64,000 nt of DNA from Nemertoderma westbladi (Eukaryota > Animalia > Xenacoelomorpha). The position numbers and the translations under genes were made by a program. This document shows, piece after piece, positions 62,293-64,000 of the stretch. Every line of letters begins with the position of its first letter. The stretch's first letter is position 1. A model generated the notes under the pieces. That model worked only from the letters and a program-made list of their open reading frames with translations. It ran no database searches and had not been told where the DNA came from. Location: contig JAUCBJ010008112.1 of the NCBI GenBank assembly GCA_032718475.1, forward strand, positions 3,660 to 67,659, read 5' to 3'.

Positions 62293-64000
62293 ATAACGAA
62301 CCTGTCTTTAGACTGGGTAGTTTTTGTCTAAAGCTGAGGCCGGCAAAAACACGATGGATATATATATTTATATATTTACCTATATCACTATATATGTCAC
62401 TATGTATGTTCACCAAATGGCTTGAAACCACTTGCATGCATTGTAAAATTGTAAACGCAAGTATTTATTAATTGTTGTCTAGTTGTTGAATAAAAAAGTT
62501 GGGAACGATTCGAAGTGCGATATTCGAAATATTTGCATATTTTCAACATTATTGAACGCGAAATTAAATACCCACAACTCCCTTGCTTGAAATGTTTTTC
62601 AGGTGATTGATATTTAGCAATTATTATGAGGTTACTTACTACTGAAATCTGACAGAATGCCAAACGTATTATTATAGTTCTATCTCTATTCAGCCAGTTA
62701 GTGTAATGTCAAGCAGTACATCATTTATATATCGTATGTATCTATAGGGCCTAATTGTCATCGTTATAATACTGTCATCAACTTAGGCTAAGCTCAATTG
62801 GAATGCAAAGGCTTAGAAGGGTTTTGTATATCTGGGACGTTTACAACAGCTGTCGATTAAACTAACAAAACCATAAAACTGAACCAGGGTGGCTGCCAGC
62901 CGGGTACCAACGGCTGTTGGGTAGACTTAAGGGAACATTTCACAAACTTTCATAGGAGGCATGTACATGTACATTATATTGGTTGCTCCGATGTTTTTAT
63001 TAGGCTAACTGAGAATGTATCAGGTATAAATACTGTAATTATAGTGTTCTTTATTTTATTTATCTAATACAGAAAAGACCCCTCCGCAGAATAAACTGCT
63101 CTTTTGGGCCGTTTCTCAGGTTGCGGATATGGATACCATTTCACACATCGTAGTAATTGTGATTATGATTTGTTTGCCTAGGCGAATGTGTATTACATTA
63201 GATGGGAGGCAGTTTTTTGGTTGATGCAAGTCATTCTTGGTTGCATCTTCCAATCCCATCTGTTTCTTGGAGTCTGTGTAAGACAGGTTCGTTTAAAGCC
63301 ATCTTGATGGCGTTCTAGTTTATAACGAACCTGTCTTTAGACTGGGTAGTTTTTGTCTAAAGCTGAGGCCGGCAAAAACACGATGGATATATATATTTAT
63401 ATATTTACCTATATCACTACATATGTCACTATGTATGTTCACCAAATGGCTTGAAACCACTTGCATGCATTGTAAAATTGTAAACGCAAGTATTTATCAA
63501 TTGTTGTCTAGTTGTTGAATAAAAAAGTTGGGAACGATTCGAAGTGCGATATTCGAAATATTTGCATATTTTCAACATTATTGAACGCGAAATTAAATAC
63601 CCACAACTCCCTTGCTTGAAATGTTTTTCAGGTGATTGATATTTAGCAATTATTATGAGGTTACTTACTACTGAAATCTGACAGAATGCCAAACGTATTA
63701 TTATAGTTCTATCTCTATTCAGCCAGTTAGTGTAATGTCAAGCAGTACATCATTTATATATCGTATGTATCTATAGGGCCTAATTGTCATCGTTATAATA
63801 CTGTCATCAACTTAGGCTAAGCTCAATTGTAATGCAAAGGCTTAGTAGGTTTTGTATATCTGGGACGTTTACAACAGCTGTCGATTAAACTAACAAAACC
63901 ATAAAACTGAACCAGGGTGGCTGCCAGCCGGGTACCAACGGCTGTTGGGTAGACTTAAGGGAACATTTCACAAACTTTCATAGGATGCTTGTACATGTAC
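62293..64000. repeat. 1029-bp near-identical tandem duplication running off the window
   Basis: ATAACGAACCTGTC starts at 62293 and 63322. Identical 87-aa ORFs lie at offset 1029. Confidence 0.93.

Overview
AT-rich, repeat-dense window from an animal (probably invertebrate) genome. The only recognisable host gene is the last two coding exons of a PKA catalytic subunit (599-763, 3959-4084). Most of the window is three related, unusually large Bel/Pao LTR retrotransposons. Element A (minus strand, ~40.1 kb to 9397, 5'-truncated and decayed) has gag-PR-RT-RH-IN plus a separate ~1400-codon 3' ORF encoding a DEDDy-like 3'-5' exonuclease and three Zn knuckles. Element B (15946-32030, plus strand) is nested inside A, with a 5-bp TSD and nearly identical 1931-bp LTRs ending TA...TA. 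It has no integrase, and the exonuclease/Zn-knuckle protein is fused in frame after RNase H. Element C (54551-~62290) keeps an open Gag-PR ORF with RT/RH and IN removed in frame. B and C lack a tRNA-type PBS. In both, the 11 nt abutting the 5' LTR are perfectly complementary to an 11-mer inside the element's own LTR, suggesting Tf1-like self-priming. B also has a tRNA-like Pol III cassette in its LTRs and a near-palindromic 17-nt motif that occurs nine times. The rest is two decayed LINEs, tRNA-derived SINEs, a 63-bp satellite, foldback/MITE elements, a hammerhead-like insert and a 1029-bp tandem duplication. All calls were made by eye without database searches.
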